Virus record (IMG/VR): IMGVR_UViG_2568526014_000001
Span: 5,958 to 69,957 of that record
Origin: a virus
Lineage: Duplodnaviria; Caudoviricetes
Length of the DNA stretch: 64,000 nucleotides
Strand: one strand, 5' to 3'
This document shows positions 39,899-49,400 of the stretch, piece by piece (position 1 is the stretch's first letter; every line of letters starts with the position of its first letter). A program made the translations under genes and the position numbers. Below the pieces are notes generated by a model that saw only the letters and a list, made by a program, of their open reading frames with translations, was not told the DNA's origin and searched no databases.

Positions 39899-41094
39899 CG
39901 CAAAGCAAAATTGATGTCGTCGGTGGCGTCTACCACGAGCAGTGTATTTGGCCTGCGTGGGACCAAATCTTTGGTTCTGGTGGGCGAGCTGCAACTGCGC
40001 TTGTTAGTCACGTCGACAAAGTGTTGCTACACACCTATGCGCACCCTGACGTCGAAAATGAATTCAAAAAAGCTGCAACGGTGTATAAATTCGACTTGGC
40101 CACAACTGCTGCTCGGGCCGGGATCTCGTTTGAATACGTGCATTGCATGTCGACACCTGTAATTCGTCCAGCCATAGCACGCATTCATAGGTACGAGCCC
40201 ATTGAAGTAAGCGCCAATGCAGTGCTGCGCTTCGGGATGCTGGAGGGGGCAGGAAAGGTGAACGCGAAATGGTGCGTTTACGACCCACAATCAGCGTTCC
40301 ATCCGGAGTCGTTCTGGGCTAACGGTAGCCAGGCCGAGCACCTTGCGATTGTCGCCAATCGAAGCGAAATTACTGCAATGGCCGGGGATTCAAACCCGAA
40401 GACGGCTGCAGAGACGTTGTTGCAGCGCGGTGCTGAAGTTGTTGTGGTCAAGTCGGGGCCAACTGGCGCGTACGTGTACAGCGCCAGCGGCACCGAGATA
40501 CATATCCCCGCCTACCGCAGCGACATGGTATGGACCATTGGCTCGGGGGACGTATTTGCCGCTATCTTCGCAGCTCAATGGGCGGTGCATGGCGCTAGCC
40601 CTGCTGCCGCAGCAGAGCTGGCTTCCCGTGCGGTCTCGCAATACGCAGAAACGATGGGGCTGCCTGCAGCCCCAGTTCAAGAATTATCGGCGACTCAGCG
40701 TACGCCCGCGTCTACGGTTGCTGGGAAGGTCTATTTGGCCAGCCCTTTCTTCAATCTTGGGCAAAGGTGGCTCGTGGACGAGGCGCGACGTTGCCTAGTT
40801 GAGCTCGGCCTCGATGTGTTTTCTCCTGTTCATGACGTCGGCCGCGGTCCTGCCCACGATGTAGCACCGAAAGACATCGAAGCCTTAAACTCCTGTGACC
40901 GAGTCTTTGCGATTCTCGATGGCCTTGACGCCGGCACCATCTTTGAGGTCGGCTACGCGCGTTCAAAGAAAATCCCCGTATATGCGCTCGCGCAAGCGGT
41001 CAACGAAGAGGACCTGAAAATGGTTGTTGGAACGGACTGCCGGTTGTTCTTCGACTTGGTAACGGCGCTCCATCACACGGCATGGAAAGCATGA
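39895..41094 (+). CDS. PfkB-family kinase fused to nucleoside 2-deoxyribosyltransferase domain
   Basis: VVVKSGPTGA and TIGSGDVF (PfkB); VYLASPFF...DIEAL..CD...DAGTIFEVGYA (NDT/Rcl). Confidence 0.85.
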   Translation: MTQSKIDVVGGVYHEQCIWPAWDQIFGSGGRAATALVSHVDKVLLHTYAHPDVENEFKKAATVYKFDLATTAARAGISFEYVHCMSTPVIRPAIARIHRYEPIEVSANAVLRFGMLEGAGKVNAKWCVYDPQSAFHPESFWANGSQAEHLAIVANRSEITAMAGDSNPKTAAETLLQRGAEVVVVKSGPTGAYVYSASGTEIHIPAYRSDMVWTIGSGDVFAAIFAAQWAVHGASPAAAAELASRAVSQYAETMGLPAAPVQELSATQRTPASTVAGKVYLASPFFNLGQRWLVDEARRCLVELGLDVFSPVHDVGRGPAHDVAPKDIEALNSCDRVFAILDGLDAGTIFEVGYARSKKIPVYALAQAVNEEDLKMVVGTDCRLFFDLVTALHHTAWKA

Positions 41095-41687
41095 GGACAG
41101 CACTTCTTCTATCCGGGGGTATGGACTCGGTTGCCATCGCCTACTGGGTACGCCCAGAAGTCGGTATCACGGTCGCGTATGGGCAGCGCGCAGCCCAGGC
41201 AGAGGCGCGTGCAGCGGCAGCAGTCTGTGATGCGCTCAATATCGAGCATCATTTGATCCAGGCCGACTTAAGCGCGTTAGGTAGTGGCGATATGGCCGGT
41301 CTGTCGCCCGCGACTCTCGCTCCTGTATCGGAGTGGTGGCCATTTCGCAACCAGATGCTGGTCACTCTGGCGGCAATGAAGGCCGTCACGCTCAATGTAA
41401 ACAGGCTCATGATAGGTTCGCTGCGTACCGATGATATCCATGCCGATGGCAAACCTGAGTTCATCACGGCCATGAGTGCAGTGTTGCAATGCCAGGAAGG
41501 CGGGATAACGCTCGATGCTCCCGCTATCCAGTTGAGTGGAGCGGAGCTCATCAAGACGTCCGGCGTTCCCACTGACTTACTCGCATGGGCCCACTCTTGT
41601 CACGTAGCAAATGAAGCTTGCGGGATGTGCCGCGGCTGCCGAAAGCACTACGAGACGCTCGAGGAGCTTGGGCTTGATCCTTACTGA
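41091..41687 (+). CDS. QueC-family (7-cyano-7-deazaguanine synthase-like) PP-loop protein
   Basis: LLSGGMDS, YGQR, PFRNQML, SC...CGMCRGC Zn site. Confidence 0.88.
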   Translation: MRTALLLSGGMDSVAIAYWVRPEVGITVAYGQRAAQAEARAAAAVCDALNIEHHLIQADLSALGSGDMAGLSPATLAPVSEWWPFRNQMLVTLAAMKAVTLNVNRLMIGSLRTDDIHADGKPEFITAMSAVLQCQEGGITLDAPAIQLSGAELIKTSGVPTDLLAWAHSCHVANEACGMCRGCRKHYETLEELGLDPY

Positions 41688-42336
41688 AGATCCACGACCG
41701 CTAGGCGATGGTCCGTACTCGGACTACGCGTGGCCGGTCGAATCGAGTACTCCGTTCGAGCCATTCAGAGCTCCTGAAGAACTAGCGTTCGTGGATGTGT
41801 TCGAACAACGCCGCTCTACCCGAACGCTGTTGCCAGTCCCGCTAGACTTGACGGTTGGAGCGATGCTTTTTGGGCTAATGCCTCGGTTCTGGAAAGAGGG
41901 GGACGCGCTGAGGCGAAGTCGCCGCCCAACACTGTCGGCTGGCGCCCTTCATCCAATCTCGGTTTTGATATTCGACAACTCGGCTGTTTTTCGCATCAAC
42001 GCCGATTCATGCATGCTTGAGAAGCTCACATTTGCGCCCGAGGCAAGGGACGCATGGATCGATAAATGCCAACGGGTACTCCCTGGCTCGAACGGAGCAC
42101 TCCTAACGTTTGTCGCCGACATGGCTCGCCCAGCGAGCGCTTATGCGCATTGCGAGACGCTTGTTTGGCGAGACGCAGGCGCTATGCTTCAAACGCTTGC
42201 GCTCGTCGCGACATTGTTTGGACTCAGTTTCTGCCCGTTAGGTCTACTCGGCAGCGAGGTCGTTTCGGCCCTTCCATTGAGCGAACAGCTTCTTGCTGTC
42301 GGTGCGGCGGCAATCGGATTGCCAGTAGAAAACTGA
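41674..42336 (+). CDS. SagB-like nitroreductase/dehydrogenase
   Basis: RRSTR, RPTLSAGALHP, RDAGAMLQTL...GLSFCPLG; TTG start behind GAGGAG. Confidence 0.8.
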   Translation: MILTEDPRPLGDGPYSDYAWPVESSTPFEPFRAPEELAFVDVFEQRRSTRTLLPVPLDLTVGAMLFGLMPRFWKEGDALRRSRRPTLSAGALHPISVLIFDNSAVFRINADSCMLEKLTFAPEARDAWIDKCQRVLPGSNGALLTFVADMARPASAYAHCETLVWRDAGAMLQTLALVATLFGLSFCPLGLLGSEVVSALPLSEQLLAVGAAAIGLPVEN

Positions 42337-42351
42337 TCGGCGCCGGTTCGA

Positions 42352-43143
42352 TTAGTGAACACCGACGCTGTTGTCAACGAAGAGATCGAGCTGCTCGGAC
42401 TGCGTGTGCATCTTCCTCATGATGGCGGACAAACGGCGCATGTGATCCCACATAAGACCGTCGAGCGTGGCTGCCGAGGCGTCGATAGCACGCGCAAACG
42501 CGATGAAACGAGCCTCCAGTTGTCGATAGTGTGTCTCTGGCTGCCAATCCACCGGGAACAGGCCAAGGTGTTGGCCCACTCGAAGAATGTGAATGTCCAG
42601 AATCGCTACTTCGCTCTGCGGGCGCAGGTTGCGAACAATCCACGAAGCCGTCTTGAGACCGATCCCCGGCAACTCGTTTAGCTTGTCCCGAAAAGCAATG
42701 TCATTTTCGGGAGGAGTAAAGCCGGCCAGACGTTCAAGGCAACCGCTTAGATATCGTGCCTTCTGTCGGATAAATCGATATTTGCGTTCGCGACCTTGAA
42801 AGATGAACGGCTCACTCAACGCATTTTCGAGATCTTGCGCAGTGATACCAGCGTGTAGGAGGTTGCGCTCTCGAACGCGCGAATAAGCAGCCAACGCTAA
42901 CTCTGCTGGCATCCCCCAGCCCCCTAGCAGACACGCAGCCACTTCCTCCTCTAGCGAGCGACCGAGACGAAAATCGCAGAATGTGCCGGACTCAGTGTGT
43001 TGCCAAGCTTGCCCACACCAATATGCCGGAGTCATCAGCTCATCGAATGCTCCCCAGCAGATGCCAGGAAGTACTTCTTCATGCACTGCTGGTAGGGTCA
43101 ATTCGCGGACTTCGCCCGCGATGTGTGCGTACATGGTTTGCAT
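42352..43143 (-). CDS. 8-oxoguanine DNA glycosylase-like HhH protein
   Basis: LPGIGLKTASWIVRN...VAILDIHILR; YRF..QKA. Confidence 0.85.
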   Translation of the reverse strand: MQTMYAHIAGEVRELTLPAVHEEVLPGICWGAFDELMTPAYWCGQAWQHTESGTFCDFRLGRSLEEEVAACLLGGWGMPAELALAAYSRVRERNLLHAGITAQDLENALSEPFIFQGRERKYRFIRQKARYLSGCLERLAGFTPPENDIAFRDKLNELPGIGLKTASWIVRNLRPQSEVAILDIHILRVGQHLGLFPVDWQPETHYRQLEARFIAFARAIDASAATLDGLMWDHMRRLSAIMRKMHTQSEQLDLFVDNSVGVH

Positions 43144-43276
43144 CTGGACTGGTGCTTGTCTGATGATTTTTTAATGCGCAGCTACGTTCGCAGCTGCGAG
43201 GCGTCGCATCATACAGCAGTCCCGTCAACGATAGACGAATCCTCGCCTACCGGCAATGACTACGGGTGATCCAGAT

Positions 43277-43317
43277 GGAAAACCACGCCTGGATCCGAAC
43301 GTGCGCAGTTCTATCCT
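43277..43317 (+). promoter_or_regulatory. late promoter GGAAAA-N29-TATCCT
   Basis: Upstream of tail tube gene. Confidence 0.75.
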
Positions 43318-43352
43318 AGACGCCGATTAATTGCACATCGACAGGACACGCC

Positions 43353-43853
43353 ATGACCGTCTCGACCGCCTCCCTCCTGAAGGGGCACTACGACACGACC
43401 CGCGCGCTCGGCGCGAAGGTCATATCTTCCGACTTCGCCTTCGAGATCGAGGGCTTCGAGGCCAACTGGCTGCTGGCGAAGCAATGCCCGTGGCCCGAGA
43501 TCTCGCCGACCGGGGAAGTCGAAGTGCCCATGCCGCTCGGCGCCAACATGTGGCAGCCCCAGCAGATCAAGATCGCCCAGCAAGGTCAGATTTCCATGCA
43601 GGAGACGGTGGCCGGGAGCGTCGACAACATGCTCATCGACATCATCGCCCGCGGTGGCCTCTTCAACGCCAAGGTGTACGAGGGCACGCCGCAGAAGTAC
43701 CTGCGCGCCAAGCGGATCGTCGACTGCTTCATGCAGATGGACAACCCGGATCGTGACTGGGAGAACCGCTCGCAGGTGCTGGTGTTCTCCGGCACGCTGT
43801 TTTTCCACTATTTCGGCGAAACGCTGCCGGGGAACTCGGGCGATTACCGCTGA
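43353..43853 (+). CDS. tail tube protein (P1 BplB-like)
   Basis: LKGHY...GAKVISSDF...QISMQETVAG resembles BplB as I recall it. Confidence 0.7.
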   Translation: MTVSTASLLKGHYDTTRALGAKVISSDFAFEIEGFEANWLLAKQCPWPEISPTGEVEVPMPLGANMWQPQQIKIAQQGQISMQETVAGSVDNMLIDIIARGGLFNAKVYEGTPQKYLRAKRIVDCFMQMDNPDRDWENRSQVLVFSGTLFFHYFGETLPGNSGDYR

Positions 43854-44236
43854 TGGCGACGCTGGTCGAACTGGCGGAGCGCTTCGCGTCGCAGGAGCGG
43901 CCGGCCGGTAACCTGCTGGACGAGGGCACCTTGCTGGCGCAGTTGCTGGCCGCGACCCGGTTCTATGCCGGATTCGCGGCGATCCGCTCATTCGAGACCG
44001 CAACGCCGCCACGCGAGGTCGGCAAGGACACCGAGATCAACGATTCCGAATGGGCGCTGATCCGTCCATTGTTCATGCTCTACGTCGAGCGCGAGACGGC
44101 GCTCCAGCTGGAGGCCTCCAGAGGCTTGGGCATCGATCCGTTTGGCCGCTCGGCCAGCGAGGTCGCCGCGGAAATCGCGCAGATCGAGGCGGACATGCCG
44201 CGCAAGGCATTTTGCCAGCCGATCGTAACCGTCTAG
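43853..44236 (+). CDS. hypothetical virion protein
   Basis: Coupled ORF. Confidence 0.65.
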   Translation: MATLVELAERFASQERPAGNLLDEGTLLAQLLAATRFYAGFAAIRSFETATPPREVGKDTEINDSEWALIRPLFMLYVERETALQLEASRGLGIDPFGRSASEVAAEIAQIEADMPRKAFCQPIVTV

Positions 44237-44243
44237 ACGCGCC

Positions 44244-45143
44244 ATGATCCTGCTTCTGTCCGACGGCAACCAGATTCGTGGCGACTTGATCAAGTCCGCG
44301 ACACTGCGCTCAGATCTCGCCCCCATTCCGGTCACGCTGGAGGCGGAGATCCGGGCCGGCGACGACAGCCTGGAGAAACTGCTGAAGGAAGGGCAGACGC
44401 TCTCGACGGGCGGCGGTGACGTGCTGCGCATCGTCAAGTCGGTGCGTGTGGGCAGCCGGGTTGCTCAGGGCATACGCGAGATGGCGGCGTTCCGAGTTAT
44501 CGCGCTGCTCGATGCGTGCCAGGGTGCCGCGTACGTGCGCAGCCGCGCCATTCTCAAGGAGAGCGCAGCGCTATCGGCGATCTACCGAGCCGCCGGGGCG
44601 ACGATCAAAGCCGTCGATGCGGATTTCCCAGTGCCGCGGTTCTACTGCCCAGTGGGAGAGACGCCGACGTTTCAGATCGCGCGAGTCCTGCAGGAAGAGG
44701 GCGGCGTGGTTCGGTGGCGCAGGGGCAGGCTTCAGTTCGTCCGCTTGCCGGATTTGCTGAAGCAGACGCCCGTGATGACGTTGCCTGACGTGGCGGCGGA
44801 TGACATCGACAGCGGTTTCATGGAGCGGCATGAGGTGCCCTGGTTCTTCTCGCTGGACGCCGCCGGCGCGGCCATCTTCGGCAACCGCAGCAAGCCCCGC
44901 GTCGTGCGCTTCTCACCATTCAAGGATGTCCAGCGCCTGCGCAACATGACGCGCTGTCTCGTGCATCGCAAGACGCCGCGGATGGCCTACAACGGCAGCA
45001 TCGGTGCCGGTGATCTCGTCGCCCTTGCCAGCGGTGCCAAGCTGGTCGTCATCACGGCGGCGCATGCCTTCGTCTCGGGCACCGATGACGGCGGCGCGAG
45101 CGACACCTACAGCCGGTTGTGGCTGGGCAGCGTGGAGGAATGA
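44244..45143 (+). CDS. baseplate hub-like protein
   Basis: Precedes spike gene; LRSDLAPIPVTLE. Confidence 0.6.
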   Translation: MILLLSDGNQIRGDLIKSATLRSDLAPIPVTLEAEIRAGDDSLEKLLKEGQTLSTGGGDVLRIVKSVRVGSRVAQGIREMAAFRVIALLDACQGAAYVRSRAILKESAALSAIYRAAGATIKAVDADFPVPRFYCPVGETPTFQIARVLQEEGGVVRWRRGRLQFVRLPDLLKQTPVMTLPDVAADDIDSGFMERHEVPWFFSLDAAGAAIFGNRSKPRVVRFSPFKDVQRLRNMTRCLVHRKTPRMAYNGSIGAGDLVALASGAKLVVITAAHAFVSGTDDGGASDTYSRLWLGSVEE

Positions 45144-45760
45144 TGGAGTATGGCCTGATGCCTGGCCGCTATCCGGCCATCGTGCGCGGCTATCACGCAG
45201 GCCGCAGGACGTGCCGCGTCGAAATCCCCGGGCTGACCGATGGCGGTGACGTACTGCCCGAGGCGGAAATCGAATACCCCATCGGAGATAAATCCCGCGA
45301 CGGCGCGCATTCAACCGAGCTCGAGATCACGCTGGGCGATGCAGTGTGGATCGCGTTCATTGGAGGTGATCCGCGGTATCCGATTATCACCGGATACCGC
45401 AACCCGCAGGCCGGCAATGCGGTGGACTGGCGCCGCTGGCATCACGCGAACCTGGAGTTGCTGGCCGACACGCTGATGAACCTGATTGCAGGCGGCGACG
45501 TGCTGGTCAAATCGGGCTCGCACGTGACCGTGAAGGCGCCCAGTGTGACCGTCGATGCGGCCGAGACGACCTGCACGGGCAACCTGACAGTGGATGGCGG
45601 TCTGAACGTCAAGGGCGGTGGTAGCGGCGGCACGTCGAGGATTCACGGCAACTTCCAGATCACCGGGGGCGAACTGACGCACAACGGCAAGAACGTCGGC
45701 AGCGAGCACAAGCATCCTGGCGTGAAGCGTGGTGGCGGCACGACCGATGGCCCAACGTAA
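45143..45760 (+). CDS. baseplate spike (gpV/gp5-like)
   Basis: GDAVWIAFIGGDPRYPII OB fold; beta-helix; C-terminal HKHPGV metal-binding apex. Confidence 0.85.
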   Translation: MEYGLMPGRYPAIVRGYHAGRRTCRVEIPGLTDGGDVLPEAEIEYPIGDKSRDGAHSTELEITLGDAVWIAFIGGDPRYPIITGYRNPQAGNAVDWRRWHHANLELLADTLMNLIAGGDVLVKSGSHVTVKAPSVTVDAAETTCTGNLTVDGGLNVKGGGSGGTSRIHGNFQITGGELTHNGKNVGSEHKHPGVKRGGGTTDGPT

Positions 45761-45770
45761 AGGATCAACC

Positions 45771-46247
45771 ATGAAGAATCTGCTATTCAGTTTTCGCGAT
45801 CTCTCGGCAAAGTCGACCGCGGCGAAACAGGTCGTACGCTACTTCACGCGAGCGGGCGCCACCGTCGTTCAGCAGGACATCGTGTCCGGCCTGAAGCGCA
45901 CCTCGGGCGTGACCTACCGTGAGATGGATCTGACGTTCGCCGACTCGCAGCGCGTGACGTTTCGCATCAAGCAGACGGGCGACATCTTCCAGGTGCTGCT
46001 CAACGGCAGAGTCCTGCCGATCAAGAACCAGGACGATCACGTCCGGGCGATCGCGGAGATCGCACAGATGATGGATGCGGGACGCTCACGCTTCCAGAAA
46101 CTGTTGGCCGCGGCGAAGGTGCGGCCGCCGGTCGGCATTCGTACGGCGGTGCCGAAGATGGAGCAGGTCCTGGTCGAGAAGCGCGACGCGCTGAAAGCGG
46201 CCATCGCTGAGGTGCGCATGCAGATTGCCGCGCTGGATCTGACGTAG
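45771..46247 (+). CDS. Hdf/DarA_N-like protein
   Basis: KRTSGVTYREMDLTFADSQRVTFRIKQTGDIFQVLLNGRVLPIKN; adjacent to darA-like gene as in P1. Confidence 0.7.
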   Translation: MKNLLFSFRDLSAKSTAAKQVVRYFTRAGATVVQQDIVSGLKRTSGVTYREMDLTFADSQRVTFRIKQTGDIFQVLLNGRVLPIKNQDDHVRAIAEIAQMMDAGRSRFQKLLAAAKVRPPVGIRTAVPKMEQVLVEKRDALKAAIAEVRMQIAALDLT

Positions 46248-46281
46248 CAGGGTGGGCCCACGCTGCGTGAAGTCGTAGGGC

Positions 46282-46322
46282 GGAAAACACCGCACATTCC
46301 TCGTACCTCCGAGCCATACCAT
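46282..46322 (+). promoter_or_regulatory. late promoter GGAAAA-N29-TACCAT
   Basis: Upstream of darA-like gene. Confidence 0.75.
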
Positions 46323-46450
46323 TTCCTTGGCAGGCCGCATCAGCAGTGAGCGCGGCCGGAAAGGCTCGATCGCATGGTTTTCGCTTCGTTGCAGCAGATA
46401 GGCAAGTGCCACGCGTTCAGCCGATACCCTACCCAGGAAGGACTGAATTC

Positions 46451-49400
46451 GTGAGCCAGAAAGTGCAGTGGGGCAGCGACGCGCTGCCCGTCGACAGAAC
46501 CCTTGATCGAGTGCTTTACGAGATCCGATGCTCGGACGCGCTTGACGGCTTGCTGTTGGACTCGGTGAGCGAGCAGGAAGTCATCGAGGATGCAGAGGGG
46601 CTGCTGACGCTCGATGCGCTCGTGTCGCCCTATGCACGCTTGCCGCGCAAGATGGAGCTATTGCGCGTCGTCATGGAGCGGACCGGCCATGACGTCAAGC
46701 CGCTCGCGGTACAGATCACGCAGCCATTCAAGCAGCGCGGGGTTGCCAATGTCGCGGCGATCTTCGAGTTGTCCGACGGCCAGACCGTGAGCATCTACTT
46801 CCACAATCCGGACGTGACGCCGAACAAGATGGCGCCCGCCGACGAGGTGATCTCGTGGAAGTGGTTGCTGAACAAGCGCGACATCACGATCGTCGTCGCA
46901 CCCGAGCGCGGTATCGACCTGAACCTGCGCGATGTGGCGCGCCGGGTCATGCGGCTGGCCGAGAGGAATAGTGCGGCGTTCCAACGCGTCAACGCCAAGC
47001 GCGCCGAGCGCATGGAGAGCATCCGGTCGCTGAAAGGCGAAATCGCCGAGCTTGAGAACGAGCTGGACACGGCGCAGCACGATCTTGAGGTGGCGCATGT
47101 GGCGGCCGAGGACGCGGCGCGTGCGCGGGCACTCGCAGCAGCCCAGGCAGAACGCGATGAGCAGGAAGTGCGGCACGCGCCCGCTACGGACATCGAGGCG
47201 TCGCCCGGAGAGAGTGGGATCGACACTGACGAGCCCCATGAGCCCGAACAGCCCGAGCTCGATGTGCCAAACCAGCCGCACGAGCCGGGTGGTGATGGAG
47301 ATGCGGCGGCCGACGTCTCACATCCGAACACAGTGCTCACTGCTTCTGCTGAGCCGATCACCTTGCGGGGCAATGAACTCGGCGATTTTCCCGACACGGA
47401 CGAGGGGCGAACGGCTTTGCGAGCTGCAGCGAAGGACTTCTTGATGGCGATGCGCGGCGAGTGGATCGAATGCGCTGTCCTGAAGCAGTCGGTCGAAATT
47501 CGCAAGCGCGGCATCAATGAGACGATCCACTTCAGCGCCAGTCCGAAAAAGCTGAAGCTGATCCCGGCGATCAGGAGGTTGATCGAGACGGCGCAGGAGA
47601 GTGTCGAAGAGCCCAATCACAAAAGGGGCAGCAAGCCGGACGTGCGCCGGTACTTCCTCCTGAAAAATACGGTAGCGCTCGACGGAGAGATCGTGCGGGT
47701 CGCTGTGCTGATCGAAGAAGACAGTAACGGGCTCCTTCACTACGACCTGCTTGTGGATCGTTCAGAAACAAAAACGACGCTCGATTCCTCAAGCGCCGTC
47801 CTTGTGCCCGAACGTTCCCAAGACAACGATTCTTGGCATCCGGACGCTTCCAATATAGATAGCCAAGGTATCGATGTCAACGAGGCGGCTCTGGATTCCG
47901 TCGTCGAGGGTGCGCTGGTTCTCAACCTGTTCATCGATGGGGAAGAGAATGCGATTGCAAGCCGCGACGAAGCGTCAGCCGTCTCGGCAAAATCCCAAGT
48001 CGTTCAAGCGGACACCGAGGACGCAAGCTCGGTCGACGCGAAGATTCCGTTCCACAAGATGACGCCCGACCAGCAGCGCGCCGCGATGGCCGCCGAGAAG
48101 TCGGTGGTGTCGGACGAGCAGGTAGACCAGTTCCTGGCGGCCTGGGGTGGCCTCACGACGGACTACATGACGGCCGGCTATCGCGTGGCGGGCCGCATCG
48201 TGGCCGGGGCGCCCGATGCGTTCCGCGTCGAGGCTGGCAAGGTGGAAGCGGTTTCGCCCGATGGCATGACCACCACCGAGGCCACGGCCGACCAAGTGGA
48301 CGAGCTGCGCGACGCGATGCGGGGCGGCCAGGTGCAGGTGGAGCTGTATCGCCGCTGGGGCGGCAGCGTCGATGCCGCGAAGCCGATCAAGGTGCTGCAC
48401 CAGGCCACGGGCAAGTTCAAGCCGTTCGAGGGCAAGTTCGAGCTGCCGAGCGCGCCAGCCGCCTCCGACGACTTTGACCCGACGACGCCCGAGCAGCACG
48501 CGGGCGAGGTGGACGGAGAGGCAATGGCCGAGGCCGCACGCCGCGCGCGGGCGCCTGACGTGAATCCCGAGGCGGACGTGCCTGTCGTGGTCGCCGGCAA
48601 TGAGCTGGGAGATTTCCCCGATACCGAGGAAGGCAAGGTTGAGTTGCGCGCCGCTGCGCGTGAATATCTCCGCTCCTTGCGTGGCAAGCTCGTTTCTTGC
48701 CCGGCGCTGGGCAAGCCGGTGGAGATTCGCCAGCGTGGCATCAAGGAAACGTTGGCCTTCAGTGCCGATCCGCGTAAATTGAAGCTGATCGCGGCGATCG
48801 AGAAGATCATTGGTGCGGGCAAGAACCCGGTGCGCGAGGTAAACCACAAGCTCAGCGCAAAGCCCACCGTGGATGCGTACTACCACCTCGAATCGGCGGC
48901 TGTCCTGAATGGAAATCCGCTGGCGCTGCAACTGGTCATCGAGGAAGACAAGAGCGGGACGCTGTACTACGACTTTCTGATTGACCGGCGCGAGGCCAAA
49001 ACAAAAACGGCACTGGATAGCTCCAGCGCCGCTTCTGTGCCGCAATCGATCCCCGATCACAATTCGGGGGATGGCGACGAAAATACGTTAGCCGATGTTG
49101 ATAGCAGCGTCAAGACTCTGGATTCCGCCGACGATGAGGGTGGGGACATGGTGCTCAACCTGTTCATCGTCGGCGATGAGGCTGTCGATGTCCTCCCTGC
49201 TTCTGCCGCCGCGCAGGCCGACGCGGAGAATGCGCTGGGGGCGTCGGATGATGCTGCGAACGACGATGACGGCCTGTCCGACGACCCAAACAGCTCGAAC
49301 TACCGTTACCGCGACACCGGCTACATCGCCGACAGCCGCAAGGAGAAGGCGGCCAACCTGATCTCCAGCGCACGCAAGACTGGCCAGCGGCTGCGTGCGA

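Noticed and set aside
41091-41687. QueC as part of a phage DNA 7-deazaguanine modification or queuosine pathway
   Set aside because: No folE/queD/queE/dpdA/tgt in the window
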